Below, in pieces: positions 39,161 through 47,816 of a DNA stretch of 64,000 nt. How positions within the stretch are numbered: the first letter of the stretch is position 1; each line of letters opens with the position of its first letter. The translations under genes were made by a program, and so were the position numbers. The stretch is from IMG/VR virus record IMGVR_UViG_3300009151_000034, positions 1 to 64,000 of that record; one strand, written 5' to 3'. This DNA comes from a virus. Below the pieces are notes generated by a model. That model saw only the letters and a list, made by a program, of their open reading frames with translations, was not told the DNA's origin and made no database searches.

Positions 39161-41050
39161 ATGGCAAATAAAGATAGACCGTCAGGAGCGCCATCATCAG
39201 AGGAAATAGCCAATTACCAAAATCTTTTAAAGAGACTGGCAAAAGAAAATCCTCCTTCTGATAAAATTGAAGAAACAAAAGAAATTGCGCCTGATGATAG
39301 CATCGTCGTCACTAATATTTCTGGTGAAAAAAAGAAAGTTAAACTTAAAAACGTTTCTGATTTCAACATCAAAGAGGCAGCCAAAAAGAAAGGAAACAAT
39401 CCTCTTATTAAAGCTGGTGTTGGTCTTTTTGATAAAATGTTTCCAGGACTTAGTAAAATTATTGATCAGTTTTCCAAAGGCGAAAAAAAAGCCCGCGATG
39501 AAAATAAACAAACCGCAACTTCCACAACTATTGCTTTTAATGGTATTGCAGAACAAATAGGAAATAGCAACAAACTACTTTCTAGTTCGCTGGAAGAACA
39601 AACCAAAACCACAGATTTACTTGAAAAACTTTTAAAAAAAGTTTCTGGTGATAGCATTGTTCCTATACCAAAAGGGTTTCCTAGTTTGTTGATGGGGATA
39701 TGGAGTAAGGCACCATCAAAATTAAAATGGGGTTTGGCTGCTGCTGGGCTTGCATTGACTGCATTAGGTCTTAGTCGTTTTTTTGCATCTGGTGAAAATG
39801 AAAAATCTGAAGAAGAACAAGATCAAGATCAACTAGAAGAAGATGATAGAGAAAGTTCAAGATTGGGCAGAGGAGATGATGATAATATAACATTACCTCC
39901 ACCACCACCGCCAGAACCAGTAACACCAAATCAAATTAGCCCAGCACCAGTAATTGCCGAATCTTCACCTATGATTTCACAGGCGGGACCAGGACAAAGA
40001 GATGAACCAGGACAAGTAAATACCCCACCATCAGCAATACCACAACCATCAAGTCAAGGTTCTTCGGGAAGTGGTATTATGCCACAACCCCCCGTAAATA
40101 GTAATCAAAGTGGTTTAAATTCGGGTTCTAAATTTAATAATGTTGGTGGTGGAGGTGGAATCGAAACCGCATCATATAAACCCCCAAATATAAGTGGTAG
40201 TGCATTTACACCATCATTGAACCCAAGTAACAAAACTAGCAACGATAATGATAAGATCGTTATCAAAGCAGATGAAATTACATTTTCTGCAAGTAAATTT
40301 ATTTTGAATAAAAGAAATAATGAAGCACCAATACCAGGATTTGGTGGCGGCGATGGTGGTGGAGGTGGAGGTGGTGGCGGTGGTGGTGGAGGTGGTGGCG
40401 GTGGTGGAAAAAAACCTGATGTTGACAGAGTTGATTCTAATGTCCTGCAAATGGTCGATTCACTAAAACAAACTTTGGGTAAAGACTTGGTGATTAGCAG
40501 TGGTTTTAGAGCAGAACCAACTCCTGGCATTGAGGGCAATCCACATGACACAGAAAAAGCAGTAGATATATCCGTCAGTCAAAGCAAATTAAGCGATGAT
40601 GATGTTCGGGCATTAACCAAAGCAGCGTTAAGTGCCGGATTTACTGGTATTGGCGTGGAAGGCAATCACGTCCATCTTGATACTTCTCATAGTCAAAAAA
40701 CTCTATGGGGAAAAGATGGTCATTTTGGTTCTGCACCTGATTGGGCCAAACAATTAACCAATTGGAATAATGCAGTTGGTGGTAGTTCTGGTGGAGGGTC
40801 TATGGCTTCAATTATGCCAAAAGATACTCATGGACCTGCTTTGAGTAATGCTTCTGCACAATATTCTGCCGCACAAAATGCTCCGCCAAAATTTACAATT
40901 ACGCCACCGTCAAACACACAAACATCTCAGCCTATTAATAATCCAGGCATTTCAATAGTTCAGCCTTCTGTTGATAAAAATGAACCAGGAAATTTAGAAC
41001 CGCCTGATTGGGCAACTCGTTATCCACGTTATTTTTCTTTTGCTGCATAA
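39161..41050 (+). CDS. Tape-measure-like tail protein with a peptidase M15-type domain
   Basis: VISSGFR...H...AVDI...GFTGIGVEGNHVHLD Zn-peptidase motif after a poly-Gly linker. Confidence 0.72.
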   Translation: MANKDRPSGAPSSEEIANYQNLLKRLAKENPPSDKIEETKEIAPDDSIVVTNISGEKKKVKLKNVSDFNIKEAAKKKGNNPLIKAGVGLFDKMFPGLSKIIDQFSKGEKKARDENKQTATSTTIAFNGIAEQIGNSNKLLSSSLEEQTKTTDLLEKLLKKVSGDSIVPIPKGFPSLLMGIWSKAPSKLKWGLAAAGLALTALGLSRFFASGENEKSEEEQDQDQLEEDDRESSRLGRGDDDNITLPPPPPPEPVTPNQISPAPVIAESSPMISQAGPGQRDEPGQVNTPPSAIPQPSSQGSSGSGIMPQPPVNSNQSGLNSGSKFNNVGGGGGIETASYKPPNISGSAFTPSLNPSNKTSNDNDKIVIKADEITFSASKFILNKRNNEAPIPGFGGGDGGGGGGGGGGGGGGGGGGKKPDVDRVDSNVLQMVDSLKQTLGKDLVISSGFRAEPTPGIEGNPHDTEKAVDISVSQSKLSDDDVRALTKAALSAGFTGIGVEGNHVHLDTSHSQKTLWGKDGHFGSAPDWAKQLTNWNNAVGGSSGGGSMASIMPKDTHGPALSNASAQYSAAQNAPPKFTITPPSNTQTSQPINNPGISIVQPSVDKNEPGNLEPPDWATRYPRYFSFAA

Positions 41051-41084
41051 AAAAAGGTGTTGTAATCAAATACAACACCTTTTT
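41049..41084. terminator. Bidirectional intrinsic terminator
   Basis: aaaaaggtgttgta-atcaaa-tacaacaccttttt between convergent genes. Confidence 0.9.
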
Positions 41085-41096
41085 AAAGTTTAAAAC

Positions 41097-42020
41097 TTAT
41101 TTTTCAGCAAGCTTCTTGAAGAACTCCATATCCTCGTCATCATCATCGGTATTGACTACAGGAAGTGTGGCCTTTGCCTTTGGTGTATCGTGCCAAGGAA
41201 CTTCATCATCAATTTCACTCTTCTTGGAATGAACGGCAGCACGCCTTGCAGCAGGAGCCTCTGTATTACCAAGAACCAAGTCAAGACGCTTCTTAAGATC
41301 AACATAAGGCTTGAAGTTAGACTCAGAAATAAATGCCTGAACCGAATGTTCTTGCTTCCAGATCGTCTCTAGTTCACCATCATCATCCGAAAGTGGTGAT
41401 GTGTCAGCAAAACCAGACTGATCATAGTTGCGTTGCTTGTCAACCGTGCGAATCTTAATCTTGAAATTAGCACCAGCCCAAAGATCGAACGGATTAAACT
41501 TCTGTTCGTCTTCAAACGCAGGGTTCATCGCAGAATTGATCTTATCGAAAATCTTCTTGCCAAACTTAAACAAAAACACCTTGCCGTTATTCTCTGGGTT
41601 TAGCTTGTCTTCAATGACAAAAATATTGCAGATAAAACGAAGATTACGCTTTTGAGCACGAGCCTGTTTACGAGTAGGTGAATCGTCATCAGTAGAAACA
41701 TTCCATAGCTTGCTGTTTACTTCTGCGACCGGATCGGCATTACCTGAACCTAGCGTGGTGCGAGAATTTTCGATATACCACTGACCAGTCGGACCCTTGA
41801 AGCTATGTTCCCAGAGACGAACGAAAGGTGTTGATTCATCCCCTGGTGCTGGTAGGAAACGAATAACAGCAAACCCATTACCTGCCTTATCAATGTTTGG
41901 ATACCAGAATCGATTATCTTGCCAACTTTCTGCTGGTGTAGACAACTTAGCTAGATCACCTGAAAGCTTATCGAGTGAAGCCTTACCTGAATTAGCTCGT
42001 AGTTTAGTAAAATCTGACAT
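41097..42020 (-). CDS. gp32: Single-stranded DNA-binding protein gp32
   Basis: DNRFWYP..DKAGNGFAVIRFLP; WYIENSRTTLG; FKFGKKIFDKI; acidic C-terminus. Confidence 0.96.
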   Translation of the reverse strand: MSDFTKLRANSGKASLDKLSGDLAKLSTPAESWQDNRFWYPNIDKAGNGFAVIRFLPAPGDESTPFVRLWEHSFKGPTGQWYIENSRTTLGSGNADPVAEVNSKLWNVSTDDDSPTRKQARAQKRNLRFICNIFVIEDKLNPENNGKVFLFKFGKKIFDKINSAMNPAFEDEQKFNPFDLWAGANFKIKIRTVDKQRNYDQSGFADTSPLSDDDGELETIWKQEHSVQAFISESNFKPYVDLKKRLDLVLGNTEAPAARRAAVHSKKSEIDDEVPWHDTPKAKATLPVVNTDDDDEDMEFFKKLAEK

Positions 42021-42103
42021 TATATTCTCCGTATTTGCTTGTATGTTTTATATATTTTGTATGATGAGAAAGACCATCTCTCACATCATTATTTAGTATA
42101 ACT

Positions 42104-42682
42104 CTATGGCGTAAACTTGTCAATGATGATTTTACGAATTCGTTCCTTATCATAATTAAGAAACGGAGTGTATTTTCGTATCTTTAGTGACAAGCTTTGC
42201 CATACAGGATCATTAGCAAGTTTCTTATTCCACATGGATAGGCAGCTAACAAGATCAATAAGAACCACGACCGTTTCCAATGTAATATCTTTACCTAGAT
42301 ATAATTTTAGTAATTTCGGATGTTGGTTATCATTGACCTTGAAATTCTCATCGAATTTTTCATCAAGTTTTGATAAATCATTTTGGATAATATAGGTGAG
42401 TGATTGAATTTTCTTTTGCCAATCTTCATAAATTCTTTTGGCCGATTCAGTATAGGCAATTTCTCTAACCCATATGTTTTCATTAGACACAAAATTTGCT
42501 AGTAAAAATTGCTTTGGGTCTTCATGCTTTGCTAGTTTCTCAAAAAAGAATTTATCTTTTCGTTTATTGAAAGAATCTGCTGTAGCACGAACTTTCCATT
42601 TAAATTTTATAGCATCATATTTTTGTGTTGTAAAATGCTGTTTGATAGCAAGATAAGATTGGTAAGCTTCAAACGGTGTCAT
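42104..42682 (-). CDS. gp59: Helicase loader gp59
   Basis: YLAIKQHFT..KYD...SFNKRKDKFFFEKLA; adjacent to gp32. Confidence 0.92.
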   Translation of the reverse strand: MTPFEAYQSYLAIKQHFTTQKYDAIKFKWKVRATADSFNKRKDKFFFEKLAKHEDPKQFLLANFVSNENIWVREIAYTESAKRIYEDWQKKIQSLTYIIQNDLSKLDEKFDENFKVNDNQHPKLLKLYLGKDITLETVVVLIDLVSCLSMWNKKLANDPVWQSLSLKIRKYTPFLNYDKERIRKIIIDKFTP

Positions 42683-42685
42683 ATC

Positions 42686-42910
42686 TTAGGCAGGCAGACT
42701 TTCGGTTTTTTTAATGATGTTCAAAAATTCTGCTTCGCTCTGAATTTTAGATTTCATCACCGAATCTTTCTTAATAAGGGATGCTGCGTATTCAACATCC
42801 AAACCTTTCTCTTCACACCAATACACGATAGCATCAATGTAATCAAGCCTTTTCTCTACGCAAATCTTTTCAATATCATTTACGAAGTTGATGTTATGCT
42901 TTGGGATCAC
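42686..42910 (-). CDS. gp33: Late-transcription coactivator gp33
   Basis: IEKI..EKRLDYIDAIVYWCEE...KSKIQSEAEFLN; gp33-gp59-gp32 synteny. Confidence 0.88.
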   Translation of the reverse strand: MIPKHNINFVNDIEKICVEKRLDYIDAIVYWCEEKGLDVEYAASLIKKDSVMKSKIQSEAEFLNIIKKTESLPA

Positions 42911-43100
42911 GACTTACGTTCCATTTTGTTAAAGCCTTTTTGTTAAGATAATCATGAAGACGAAATCCAATAAAAACAATTAAAAAATCAATTGCACTAT
43001 CAGGAAAGTATTTTGTCATAATAAAAGCAATTACAACAAGGCCCATAATAAACCAAACCAACCCATTAGTCAAGTGAGAAAAAGTCATTTTCAACTCCAT
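42894..43100 (-). CDS. Small membrane protein
   Basis: Two hydrophobic stretches in 68 aa. Confidence 0.5.
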   Translation of the reverse strand: MELKMTFSHLTNGLVWFIMGLVVIAFIMTKYFPDSAIDFLIVFIGFRLHDYLNKKALTKWNVSRDPKA

Positions 43101-43696
43101 AAATTCTGATAATATTTTCCAAACAACCTGTAGCCATTCTGCATTCGTTCAGAGTGTTTGTCAATACCTTCACGATCTACTTCAATGTTTTTATAATTAA
43201 ATTCTTCTTCGGGGTTGTTATTTTTATAAAATTCTGTTTCCCAATCTTTGCCTGCTTGTTCGAAAGCCCAGATCATTTCATCCAGAACATAATCCCATCT
43301 ATCAAACCAAAACTCATCAAGAGAATCTTTTTCATGATCTTCTACTGGTTTCGCTGAAGTAGATTTTATATTTTCTAGAACATCATTATCATCAACCAAT
43401 GGACCACCCTTTTTGTCTTTTTTAAGAGCAACAAGAACAGGATGAATAATCAATGCAAGGGTATCGTCGGCGTTCCAAATATCATAAGTATCAATTTTAA
43501 TTTTAACTTTTCGTTCGCGCATACTAAAAACCAAAAGACAAAGCGAAGAAAATCCTGGGATTTTATTTAAAAAATTGCTAAATTTAACAATTGCATCATA
43601 TCCTTCATCATCATCACGGTCTTTCCAAAATAGAATCTTCTCAGCAATTTGATGAGACCCAAACCAATTTGGATTTTTACCAATGTAAATCTTCAT
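43091..43696 (-). CDS. Conserved phage hypothetical protein
   Basis: KIDTYDIWNADDTLALII...RWDYVLDEMIWAF...GYRLFGKYYQNLW, a recurrent myophage pattern. Confidence 0.7.
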   Translation of the reverse strand: MKIYIGKNPNWFGSHQIAEKILFWKDRDDDEGYDAIVKFSNFLNKIPGFSSLCLLVFSMRERKVKIKIDTYDIWNADDTLALIIHPVLVALKKDKKGGPLVDDNDVLENIKSTSAKPVEDHEKDSLDEFWFDRWDYVLDEMIWAFEQAGKDWETEFYKNNNPEEEFNYKNIEVDREGIDKHSERMQNGYRLFGKYYQNLWS

Positions 43697-43701
43697 TATT
43701 T

Positions 43702-43977
43702 TTAGTCCTCTTTTTTAACCCATTCTTCTGGATTTGGTTCGTATACACAAATAAACGATTCAGGATATGTTTCATCACCGTATACAAAAACATATGGCCC
43801 ATCACTGCCCTGTTCCGTTACAAACACATGATGAAAGATAAGATCAGATGGTTTATCCATATCACCAAAATTGCGCTTGATATCATCGACTACAAAAGAA
43901 TTATATAAATCAATATCTTCCTGCTGTGTATCTTTCCATATAAGTTTAATATCTTTTTCAAACCAATGATTTTCCAT
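43702..43977 (-). CDS. Hypothetical protein
   Basis: Acidic 91-aa ORF with an AAGGA RBS. Confidence 0.55.
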   Translation of the reverse strand: MENHWFEKDIKLIWKDTQQEDIDLYNSFVVDDIKRNFGDMDKPSDLIFHHVFVTEQGSDGPYVFVYGDETYPESFICVYEPNPEEWVKKED

Positions 43978-44083
43978 TTTATATTTTCCTTTAAATTATT
44001 TCCACCGCGATCTCTGCCGCGATCCGTGGAATCTATGTGAGACATCTACAGAGCACACAGCATAATATTCTCCTAAGTGTTTT

Positions 44084-44179
44084 TGGTAGTCCCTGACGGA
44101 TTCGAACCGCCAACCGCGCACCTATCTAGTGCATACGAAAGGTATAAGCTTTCCGCTCTACCGATTGAGCTAAGGGACC
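44084..44179 (-). tRNA. tRNA-Ile(UAU) with a long variable arm
   Basis: GGTCCCT/AGGGACT acceptor stem plus ACCA; D arm GCTC..GAGC; anticodon arm GAAAG-CT TAT AC-CTTTC; ~25-nt variable region; GGCGG-TTCGAAT-CCGTC. Confidence 0.85.
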
Positions 44180-44361
44180 ATAAAATTTTAGTCTCGTCGT
44201 AAATTCCAAATATCACCGTAAAGGTTTTTAAGAATGGATTGCGCTTCAAAATAGTTATCATTTTCTGTGGTGATATAAACTGTCCTTTGTGAAGAAACGC
44301 CACGCCCTTCATCAACCGCAGTCCAGGCTTTCCATCGATACATAATAATCTCCAAAAAAGT

Positions 44362-44447
44362 TGGTGGGAAAGGTAGGATTCGAACCTACTCACCTATAAG
44401 GAACGAATTTACAGTCCGCCACCGCTCTCCAACTCAGCCGCTTTCCC
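44362..44447 (-). tRNA. tRNA-Tyr(GUA)
   Basis: GGGAAAG/CTTTCCC plus ACCA; anticodon loop CT GTA AA; long V arm; GTAGG-TTCGAAT-CCTAC. Confidence 0.9.
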
Positions 44448-44456
44448 ATTAAACGT

Positions 44457-44485
44457 ATTATAGACCATTCCTCAAACTATGTCAA
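44457..44485 (-). promoter_or_regulatory. Consensus sigma70-type promoter for the tRNA-Tyr and tRNA-Ile genes
   Basis: TTGACA-17 bp-TATAAT, ending 9 nt upstream of tRNA-Tyr. Confidence 0.85.
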
Positions 44486-44493
44486 GGATAATT

Positions 44494-44570
44494 TGGCGAT
44501 CTCTACTGGACTCGAACCAGTGACCCACAGCTTAGAAGGCTGTTGCTCTATCCATCTGAGCTAAGAGACC
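44494..44570 (-). tRNA. tRNA-Arg(UCU)
   Basis: GGTCTCT/AGAGATC plus GCCA; ACAGC-CT TCT AA-GCTGT; ACTGG-TTCGAGT-CCAGT. Confidence 0.95.
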
Positions 44571-44579
44571 ATTAGCTCT

Positions 44580-44786
44580 TTAACCTACTCGGAATGTAGA
44601 GAATCGAACGCCTGGGTTGCCTTTAGGGCGATTCACAGTTGCATACTTAACTCTTACACCACTAAAATCTGGCATTCCAACTACCATACAACTTTCTTCT
44701 AATTTCCAAGGTGTCATGATTTGTTCACGAACACCAATTGGAGCACCTGATTCTTCATCAACATATCCAAAATACTTATAATCCAT
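44580..44786 (-). CDS. Hypothetical protein
   Basis: 68-aa ORF packed behind the 374-aa gene. Confidence 0.5.
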   Translation of the reverse strand: MDYKYFGYVDEESGAPIGVREQIMTPWKLEESCMVVGMPDFSGVRVKYATVNRPKGNPGVRFSTFRVG

Positions 44787-44787
44787 A

Positions 44788-45912
44788 TCACACTACCTTC
44801 AGAAGAATTGTATCTTCATTAATACGCTGTTGAATATTATCTGTCTTTTTTAACTCTGTCAAGAGTTTTGTTGCTGCTCTTTTTCCGCCATTTAGGACGG
44901 TAGCAATGTGATCAGCTACCTTACGGCCACCACGAACTGTCATGCTCTTATCTTCGTCATATTTAGTGATGGCAGTGCGATAAACATCCAAGCCACCACG
45001 ATCCAGAGCATAAAAGACTGTCAGTGTCTTATATTTAGTATTTAAGACCCAAAGCTCTTGTGCTCCAATAATCTTCTCGGGTTTGATCGAGGCTACCTTG
45101 AATTCCTTGCTTTCAGTAGCAGGGATAAGAAATTTTAGCTTCTTGTCAACACTAACCGTCTTAGGCTTCCTAGGTTCGCGCATCTTCTTCGTATTAGACG
45201 CAAACCGTTCACAATCAGTCAAAATACTCACATAGAATTTAGCGCGGGCCTTTTTGTTATCATTAGAAAGATTTGCATAACCTTCTACGAGTTGAGCATC
45301 ACAAGACCGTGAAAGAACTTCGGCAGCTTCGTTTGCAATGGGCTGATAAAATGCAGCAATCTTAGAAACCAGAAGAGGCGGAATTTCCTTAGTCTGAAGC
45401 CATTCATACATAGACAAGGTATAACCATTCGCATCGATGGCTTCTTCAAATTCACCAATGAAATCAGAAGCCTTATCACGAATACGATCTTGGATATTAA
45501 CCGCCTTGTCTTCTAGGGCAGCCACATCTTTCCGAAAAGTCAAAGCCTCTGTAACTTTTTCGTTTGCGAAAACCATGCTGCTAGGACCAAGATTAGCACC
45601 ACGGGAAATCATACGAAATATCCAAGCAGCCTGATCAGGAACTCGATTATCTGGAACACTCTTCATCTGTTTCGCCTCTGTGGTTCGGCCTGTATTTGTC
45701 AGATATGTTTCTAGATAATCACGAGCATTTTCGGTATTGCACATATAGCTATACCAAGTCATATTTTTCATACGAGTTAGATTGTCAATAGGATCGTAGG
45801 TGAAAGTCGGTTCATCTCCCATATACTTCTGGTTGATCAGTTGTTGTTCAGTCTTTGTGGGACGAACCTTCTTAACTTTTTTAGCAGTAGCAATTAAGAG
45901 ACGATTGGCCAT
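44788..45912 (-). CDS. Conserved T4-like hypothetical protein
   Basis: KYMGDEP; NIQDRIR; ASIKPEKIIGAQELWVLNTKYK; RINEDTILLKV. Confidence 0.75.
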   Translation of the reverse strand: MANRLLIATAKKVKKVRPTKTEQQLINQKYMGDEPTFTYDPIDNLTRMKNMTWYSYMCNTENARDYLETYLTNTGRTTEAKQMKSVPDNRVPDQAAWIFRMISRGANLGPSSMVFANEKVTEALTFRKDVAALEDKAVNIQDRIRDKASDFIGEFEEAIDANGYTLSMYEWLQTKEIPPLLVSKIAAFYQPIANEAAEVLSRSCDAQLVEGYANLSNDNKKARAKFYVSILTDCERFASNTKKMREPRKPKTVSVDKKLKFLIPATESKEFKVASIKPEKIIGAQELWVLNTKYKTLTVFYALDRGGLDVYRTAITKYDEDKSMTVRGGRKVADHIATVLNGGKRAATKLLTELKKTDNIQQRINEDTILLKVV

Positions 45913-45917
45913 TTTAA

Positions 45918-46190
45918 TCAGTCCTTATTGTGTGGTCGAAAATCTAGCAGGGTGAAATCTCGGATGGCTTCTTCTTCGTCGGTATCCATCCTCGATTTAG
46001 AATCTACCACATCAAGGCATTGTCCGTCAAGCACAAACCCCATGTTGGTCAGAAAAATTTCAATTTTTTCTAGGACCGTGGTAAGACCTGCTTCATCTTC
46101 ATCATAAATGAATGTGATACATGTGCTTTCCTGGAAATCCATTTCAGTGTATCCAAATCGTTCAAATTCTAATTTAACTTTTGTTTTCAT
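45918..46190 (-). CDS. Hypothetical protein
   Basis: Start taken at ATG 46190, right after the upstream stop. Confidence 0.55.
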   Translation of the reverse strand: MKTKVKLEFERFGYTEMDFQESTCITFIYDEDEAGLTTVLEKIEIFLTNMGFVLDGQCLDVVDSKSRMDTDEEEAIRDFTLLDFRPHNKD

Positions 46191-46191
46191 A

Positions 46192-46767
46192 TTATGCTGC
46201 TTCCATGTCCATATAGTCATCTAAAGTTATTGTTTTTTTAGTTATAAGATTTATGGGTTTGCATACCTCATAAACATCCGAGACCCTATAAGCTTCTAAA
46301 CCTTTGGTGTATGTATCAGGTTTTATACTATAATTAAAATCGAGTTGGTCAGCAATCCTAGAACAGGAGTTTGATAATTGCATATGGTGATCAGGCGGAA
46401 TTAAAAAGAAATCAAGTCTATCGTGGCAGGGATTAAACATGGCAATTCGAAGATGCCCGGTTTTTAATTGAAGACCTTTAAAAGTCCCCTTAAAAGATTT
46501 TTGTTTACTATTAAAACGTAAAGTGATAATTTTAGCATCACTCCCATCTTCAAAATCAGCACCAGTTGCGTGTGCTTTAAGACATTTTGTATTAGCAAGT
46601 TCTTCAATGATAATTTCCCAAAGAGGTTCCATTCTAAACCTATCTTTGGCCAGTTTTTCCATAACATCATATTCTTTATTGGTGTAATTTTCACAGACTT
46701 GACGAGCAAGATTTATGATAGCCAATTGACATCTGATTGAATTTGAATGTTCTTTGTCCTCTGTCAT
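46192..46767 (-). CDS. Hypothetical protein, possible PD-(D/E)XK nuclease fold
   Basis: E...GADFEDGSDAK resembles a D-(x)n-D/E-x-K active site; function uncertain. Confidence 0.45.
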   Translation of the reverse strand: MTEDKEHSNSIRCQLAIINLARQVCENYTNKEYDVMEKLAKDRFRMEPLWEIIIEELANTKCLKAHATGADFEDGSDAKIITLRFNSKQKSFKGTFKGLQLKTGHLRIAMFNPCHDRLDFFLIPPDHHMQLSNSCSRIADQLDFNYSIKPDTYTKGLEAYRVSDVYEVCKPINLITKKTITLDDYMDMEAA

Positions 46768-47057
46768 ACTCGGGATTCGCCATAAAAATTCTGATATTCT
46801 TCGTCTGTCATAAGAGATTCACATACCGCAAAAAGATCACCATCCTGATACAAAGTCCATACATTATTATTGGCATCAACATGACGGGCGTTGTTCAGAA
46901 TATTATCCCAGGCTTCCCAATACCACTCTTCATCAGGACCATTACCACAAACCTTAGCATCTTCCGTGTCAATGTTCGCCCAATCAAACATGTCAACAAA
47001 ATCTCTCGGGATATAAACACCACGGGAATCGTTCAGTAGAATTTCAATGCCGCTCAT
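46764..47057 (-). CDS. Acidic hypothetical protein
   Basis: RGVYIPRDF...YWEAWD..L...LYQDGDLFA; AGGAG RBS; own promoter TTGACG-17-TACACT at 47167-47139. Confidence 0.65.
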   Translation of the reverse strand: MSGIEILLNDSRGVYIPRDFVDMFDWANIDTEDAKVCGNGPDEEWYWEAWDNILNNARHVDANNNVWTLYQDGDLFAVCESLMTDEEYQNFYGESRV

Positions 47058-47195
47058 TTTAAACTCCTATATGGTTGTGGTGGGTAGCAGGGACCAACCG
47101 TAAAGTCAATCCCTGCTATTGTAATATTTTGTTAGTAAAGTGTATGTGTCCATATTGAAAGCGTCAATTATATAAATACATAAAAGGAGAAAAAC

Positions 47196-47816
47196 ATGAC
47201 ATACACATATCTAATAGGCTGGTCATTATATGATAAATGGTATTATGGGGTTAGGTTTGCAAAAAAATGCGATCCGAAAGAATTATGGCAAACATATTTC
47301 ACATCATCTAAACATGTTAAAGCTTTTCGTAAGTCTTATGGAGAGCCTGATGTTATTGAGATAAGAAAAATATTCTCTTGTCAAGATAAAGCAATTTTGT
47401 GGGAAAATAAAGTTCTTAAAAGATTAGATGTTATACACAAAGATAAGTGGTTGAATAAAACAGATAACATTGCAATACGGTCTACTGAACCTAGAGTGTA
47501 TGGGGCACCATGGAATAAAGGAAAATCAACCGCAAGAACTAAAGAATCTATAGAAAAACAAAAAATCACTATAACAGGAAAAAAACGTGGGCCTTATAAT
47601 ATCTTGGAAACTGATGAAAGATTAGCCTTAAGAGCCAACATTTCAAAATCATTAAAAAATAACCAACGCGCCAAGGGTGTAAAATTTTCCGAGGAAGAAA
47701 AAATAAAACGTAGCGTGGCAAACATTGGTTGTTTCTGGTGGACAAATGGATTAATACAAGTAAAAAGCAAAATTTGTCCACCAGGGTTTGTAAGAGGTAA
47801 ACTTAAGAAACGTTAG
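47196..47816 (+). CDS. Free-standing GIY-YIG/Seg-like homing endonuclease
   Basis: YTYLIGW...WYYGVR...YFTSS...E...WLN, NUMOD-like PWNKGK and WWTNG...PPGFVRG. It is antisense to its neighbours, with TATAAATA at 47171-47178 and an AGGAG RBS. Confidence 0.85.
   Translation: MTYTYLIGWSLYDKWYYGVRFAKKCDPKELWQTYFTSSKHVKAFRKSYGEPDVIEIRKIFSCQDKAILWENKVLKRLDVIHKDKWLNKTDNIAIRSTEPRVYGAPWNKGKSTARTKESIEKQKITITGKKRGPYNILETDERLALRANISKSLKNNQRAKGVKFSEEEKIKRSVANIGCFWWTNGLIQVKSKICPPGFVRGKLKKR

Noticed and set aside
40343-40407. GGT/GGC/GGA run as a regulatory or G-quadruplex element
   Set aside because: Explained as an in-frame poly-glycine linker before the peptidase domain.
44073-44393. 106-aa ORF in the tRNA cluster
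   Set aside because: Overlaps two tRNA genes and has no coding signals.
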